From an uncultured Weeksellaceae bacterium (GTDB lineage Bacteria > Bacteroidota > Bacteroidia > Flavobacteriales_D > CAYVSK01): DNA of 40,019 nucleotides. Position 1 is the first letter of the stretch. The number at the start of each line of letters is the position of its first letter. The stretch is taken from assembly GCA_964453635.1 (NCBI GenBank), contig CAYVSK010000004.1, forward strand, positions 1-40,019, read 5' to 3'. The position numbers and the translations under genes are program-made. The notes below the pieces were generated by a model. That model saw only the letters and a list, made by a program, of their open reading frames with translations, made no database searches and was not told the origin of the DNA. Below are positions 36,262 through 40,019 of the stretch, piece after piece.

Positions 36262-37437
36262 TCAGCTCAGTTTTTGATAGGTCCGCCACCACTGATCGGG
36301 GATCTCTCCGTTGGAAGCAAGCAAATAATCATCGTAACGACAGGGCACGAAACATTTCCTTTGAAACCTGGAGACCGCTTCACCGGGATAAGGGACCTCC
36401 ATCCACCACCGGTCGGTCCGTTCGCTTTTGTGAAAAACAATGCTGTGCCCTTTGCCTTCCTCGACCTCTACATTGAAACGGGTGAAGCCGGAGCGGTCCT
36501 CATAGAGGTCCTCCCCATTGCGTTGATAAAAACCCTGAATGAAATACCAGATCATTTGACCGGCGAGTTCTGCCGTAAGTCCCATTGCTTCATCCTTTCC
36601 CGGGTCCATATCAAAAAGCCCGAATCCGCTCAATTTATCACTAATGCCGGCATATCGACACAGTTGGCAGGCCTCATCCCCGTAAAGCCCATTCGGTCCG
36701 GGGGCGGTCGTCCCCCTGGCTTCCGAAGCTCTTATAGCACACAGGCTCATCCCAAAAAAGTCCCCATTTCGGATAACGGGTTCATAGTCCGGAATATTTT
36801 GCTGTAGCTTCCCGAGCCGATGAATATCAAAATTGAGCCCTTCGATGATGTCCTCTTCGCGCTGGGTGGTGTAATAACTCTGATGGCCGAGGTGACTGTA
36901 ATTGAAAAGATGATCCCCCTGATGGAGCACCATCTTGCTTAGGAAATTCCGGTCGTGCACGCGGTCGGCATCAATGTCAGAGACGGCCAATTCCGGTCCG
37001 ACGAAAACCATATCAGTGATCCGGTCCATCCGGGTATATCCCATTTGCATCGCATAGGCAAGGTCGGCGGTTCCCCCAATGACCACCGGGATGATACCGG
37101 ATGGGACCAGCTCCTCCAAGGTCCCGGATACAGCAAAATAGGTGTCCTCGACCCGGTCCCCGGCCCGAATGTTGCCCAGGTCAGCGACCCTCCAACCCCG
37201 GTCCAGGGAAAGCCCATAGAATCCCTGGCGGATCCGGTCCGGGGCCTCCTCGGGGCCATTCTGGCTTCCACCCCTGTTCTCCCGAACCCCCAAAAGGGCG
37301 ATATCCACCTCGTCGAGCTCAGGAAAACCTTCCTCCGATGTATTCACCCGAACATAATTGGCATGGCCGTTTCGCCCTGCCCGGATCGGCTCAAGGGCTG
37401 CAGGGTCAACGGGTTCAAAATAAATCGATGGGTCCAA
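36262..37437 (-). CDS. Arginase/ureohydrolase-fold protein (usually annotated formimidoylglutamase) with degenerate metal site
   Basis: IALLGV.E.RG, ADLGNI..G, IPVVIGG, FNYSHLGHQSY, PNGLYGDEACQLCRYAGISDK and AGQMIWYFIQG. TTG start. Confidence 0.85.
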   Translation of the reverse strand: MDPSIYFEPVDPAALEPIRAGRNGHANYVRVNTSEEGFPELDEVDIALLGVRENRGGSQNGPEEAPDRIRQGFYGLSLDRGWRVADLGNIRAGDRVEDTYFAVSGTLEELVPSGIIPVVIGGTADLAYAMQMGYTRMDRITDMVFVGPELAVSDIDADRVHDRNFLSKMVLHQGDHLFNYSHLGHQSYYTTQREEDIIEGLNFDIHRLGKLQQNIPDYEPVIRNGDFFGMSLCAIRASEARGTTAPGPNGLYGDEACQLCRYAGISDKLSGFGLFDMDPGKDEAMGLTAELAGQMIWYFIQGFYQRNGEDLYEDRSGFTRFNVEVEEGKGHSIVFHKSERTDRWWMEVPYPGEAVSRFQRKCFVPCRYDDYLLASNGEIPDQWWRTYQKLS

Positions 37438-37463
37438 GTTTCGCTCTTTTCGAATGGCCGGTC

Positions 37464-37494
37464 AAAAAAAGAGGCCTCTGACCAAGGGTCAGGC
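37464..37494 (-). terminator. Possible weak terminator after topA
   Basis: ctgacc-aag-ggtcag stem with flanking gcc/ggc and an A7 tract (U7 on the minus strand) just downstream of the topA stop. The stem is imperfect. Confidence 0.3.
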
Positions 37495-37503
37495 TGTAAA
37501 TAG

Positions 37504-39927
37504 CTATCCTTTCTTTCCGCTTTTTCCCTTGCTTCCGCTTTTCTTCGATCCTCCCTTTTTCACGGTTTTGCTACTGGTCTTGTTCTCACTCTTCTTTCCA
37601 CTTTTCTCACCGCTTTTGCTCTCTCCCTTGCCCTTCTTCTTATTACCGGCATTTTTTGCGATCTCGTAGCATTCTTCCAGGGTCAGAGAAGCCGGGTCCT
37701 TGTCCTTGGGGACGCGATAATTCTTTCTGCCGCCCATGGCGATAAAAGGACCCCATTTGCCCTTCAACACCCGCACCTTGCTATCCTCATCGAACTCCTT
37801 GATGGTCCTTTCCCGCTCCGCTTTCTTCCGGGCTTCGATCAACTCTATGGCCCGGTCCCGGGTGATGGTGAAAGGATCATCCCCCTGATCCTCTTTGACG
37901 GAGGCGAAAGTGTTCCCATTCTTTACATAGGGCCCGTAACGCCCAATGTTCGCAACAAGGTCCGCTCCCTGATATTCCCCGAGATCGCGGGGCAACCGGA
38001 AAAGCTTGAGCGCATCCTCCAGGGTGATCTCCTCAATGCTCTGCCCTTTGCGCAAGGAAGCAAAGCGTGGCTTTTCCTCATCCTCCCGGTCACCCAATTG
38101 CACCATCGGACCATATTTCCCAATGCGAGCGATCACTTTGCGCCCGGAGTCCGGGTCCGTGCCCAGCTCTCTTTCCCCGGTGGCCCTTTCCGTGTTCTCG
38201 AGCGTTTCTTCAACCTCTTCGTGGAAGGGATTATAGAAATCCTTGATCATTCGGTTCCAATGGAGATCACCCTTGGCGATCTCGTCGAATTGCCCTTCTA
38301 CATTGGCCGTGAAATTGTAATCGAGGATGTCCTCGAAATTCTCGACCAGGAAATCGTTCACCACCATCCCGGTATCGGTGGGGAAGAGCTTGTTCTTTTC
38401 CACACCCGTGTTCTCGGAACGCGTATGTTCTTTTACCTCACCGTCGGCCAGCTCGAATTCCTTGTAGTTCCGCTTTTGGCCCTCACGGTTCTCCTTCAAA
38501 ACATAACCCCGTTTCTGGATGGTCGAAATGGTCGGGGCATAAGTGGATGGCCTACCGATCCCCAGCTCTTCGAGTTTTTTGACCAGGCTCGCTTCGGTAT
38601 ATCGCGGAGGATGTTTCGTGAAACGCTGGGTGGCCAACATCCTTTGTAGCGTAAGCTGCTGACCCTCCTTCAAAGGGGGCAATACATCGGAATCCTTTTC
38701 CTCTTCCTCATCATCTGAGGATTCCATGTAGACTTTGAGAAAACCGTCGAACTTCACGACCTCTCCTTTGGCCACGAGGGACTCATCGGCGGTGGACAGG
38801 GCGATCCGGGCCGTGGTCTTCTCCAGCTCGGCATCCGCCATCTGAGAGGCAAGGGTCCGCTTCCGGATCAGATCGTATAGTTTCTGTTCCCCCGTATCCC
38901 CACCGACACTGTCGGTCTTAAGGCTTGTGGGGCGGATCGCTTCGTGGGCCTCTTGAGCTCCCTTGGCCTGGGTCGTGTGACGCCGCGGCTTGGAATAGGA
39001 TGCACCGTATTGGCTTTTCACGACCGATTCCGCTTCCTTGATGGCACTTTCGGAAAGATTTACCGAATCGGTCCGCATATACGTGATCTTACCCGCCTCA
39101 TAAAGACGCTGTGCAAGGGTCATCGTTCGGGAGACCGAAAAGCCGAGCTTCCGGCTGGCCTCCTGCTGCAGGGTCGAGGTGGTAAAAGGAGCAGAAGGCT
39201 TCCGCTTGGAGGGCTTGGTCTCCAGGGAACTGATCGTGAAATCCGCATCCCGGGCTTTTTTAAGGAATGCTGCGGCCTCTTCCTCCTTCTTGAAGCGGGT
39301 GGGCCTTTCCGCTTTCATCGTCGCATCCCCTACTTTGAACTCGGCAGTGACCTTGTAAGAGGACGTGGGCGTAAAGGCCCGGATCTCCCGCTCCCGCTCA
39401 ACAAGGAGCCGAACAGCAACGGACTGCACCCTTCCGGCGGAAAGGGAGGGTTTTACCTTTTTCCAAAGGACCGGCGAGAGTTCGAACCCGACCAGGCGAT
39501 CCAGGATCCGACGGGCTTGTTGAGCGTTCACCAACTTTTCGTCAATATCCCGGGGATTTTGAAGGGCCCCTTCGATGGCCGGCTGGGTGATCTCGTTAAA
39601 GGTGATCCGCCGGGTCTTCTCATCGGGAAGATCGAGGGCTTTTTTTAAATGCCAGGAAATGGCTTCTCCCTCCCGGTCCTCGTCCGTTGCCAGCCAGACC
39701 AGCTCCGCCTCTTTGGCTTCCTTTTTCAAGTCCTTAAGGACCTTCTCTTTCTCCTTATCGATCTCGTAGGTGGGTTGAAAACCATTTTCGATGTCCACCG
39801 AGAGTCCTTTCTTTTTCAGGTCCCGGATATGGCCGTAAGAAGACTTCACCAAAAAGCCTTCCCCGAGAAAACGCTCAATGGTCTTGGCTTTTGCGGGCGA
39901 CTCTACTATGACGAGATTCTTTGCCAT
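37504..39927 (-). CDS. topA: DNA topoisomerase I (type IA) with C-terminal repeats and Lys-rich tail
   Basis: TOPRIM VIVESPAKAKTI, ATDEDREGEAI, SAGRVQS, catalytic ITYMRTDS, AQEAHEAIRPT, GIGRPSTY and C-terminal G(K/R)(Y/W)GP repeats. Confidence 0.98.
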   Translation of the reverse strand: MAKNLVIVESPAKAKTIERFLGEGFLVKSSYGHIRDLKKKGLSVDIENGFQPTYEIDKEKEKVLKDLKKEAKEAELVWLATDEDREGEAISWHLKKALDLPDEKTRRITFNEITQPAIEGALQNPRDIDEKLVNAQQARRILDRLVGFELSPVLWKKVKPSLSAGRVQSVAVRLLVEREREIRAFTPTSSYKVTAEFKVGDATMKAERPTRFKKEEEAAAFLKKARDADFTISSLETKPSKRKPSAPFTTSTLQQEASRKLGFSVSRTMTLAQRLYEAGKITYMRTDSVNLSESAIKEAESVVKSQYGASYSKPRRHTTQAKGAQEAHEAIRPTSLKTDSVGGDTGEQKLYDLIRKRTLASQMADAELEKTTARIALSTADESLVAKGEVVKFDGFLKVYMESSDDEEEEKDSDVLPPLKEGQQLTLQRMLATQRFTKHPPRYTEASLVKKLEELGIGRPSTYAPTISTIQKRGYVLKENREGQKRNYKEFELADGEVKEHTRSENTGVEKNKLFPTDTGMVVNDFLVENFEDILDYNFTANVEGQFDEIAKGDLHWNRMIKDFYNPFHEEVEETLENTERATGERELGTDPDSGRKVIARIGKYGPMVQLGDREDEEKPRFASLRKGQSIEEITLEDALKLFRLPRDLGEYQGADLVANIGRYGPYVKNGNTFASVKEDQGDDPFTITRDRAIELIEARKKAERERTIKEFDEDSKVRVLKGKWGPFIAMGGRKNYRVPKDKDPASLTLEECYEIAKNAGNKKKGKGESKSGEKSGKKSENKTSSKTVKKGGSKKSGSKGKSGKKG

Positions 39928-40019
39928 GCTGCGTTCAGAATGGAATTCCTTTTCAAAAAGGCCCTACTTATCATTGTAAGAAAGCAAAAGAGCCCGGTCC
40001 AATTATAGGAACAAGCTCT

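Noticed and set aside
1-40019. tRNA/rRNA genes, CRISPR arrays, IS elements, integrases, prophage or defence genes, and stop-codon recoding
   Set aside because: Intergenic gaps are short (under about 300 nt) with no cloverleaf or repeat-spacer pattern. No transposase, integrase or phage motifs were seen. All recognised genes are intact under the standard code.

Overview
A gene-dense, GC-rich (roughly mid-50s % by eye) chromosomal segment from a Bacteroidota bacterium, probably Flavobacteriales-like. The assignment rests on a porP-gldKLMN type IX secretion/gliding operon, a T9SS cargo protein and TAnnTTTG-type promoters. Left to right: 3' end of ribF; minus-strand M23 peptidase, tryptophan 2,3-dioxygenase, DUF3108 protein and leuS; plus-strand ftsX-DUF3098-uppP, a GNAT, a partial phenylacetate cluster (paaY-like, paaZ, crotonase) followed by a fused E1alpha/beta 2-oxoacid dehydrogenase, pabB-tilS, a small conserved protein and dsbD; then a long minus-strand block containing a CNT nucleoside transporter, DUF151-UVR protein, etfA/etfB, a 1039-aa T9SS-secreted multidomain amidase, a beta-barrel protein, an alpha/beta hydrolase, gldN-M-L-K-porP, a small lipoprotein, a degenerate arginase-fold protein and topA. 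I saw no rRNA, tRNA, CRISPR array, IS or prophage. The region is mostly core genome and I found no clearly new system. The best leads are the secreted CwhA-like bacteriolytic amidase with CUB and beta-sandwich modules, a ureohydrolase-fold protein lacking its metal ligands upstream of the T9SS operon, a possible phenylpyruvate-to-phenylacetyl-CoA link, and several candidate cis-regulatory elements. All family assignments come from motif recognition and memory; no database searches were run.
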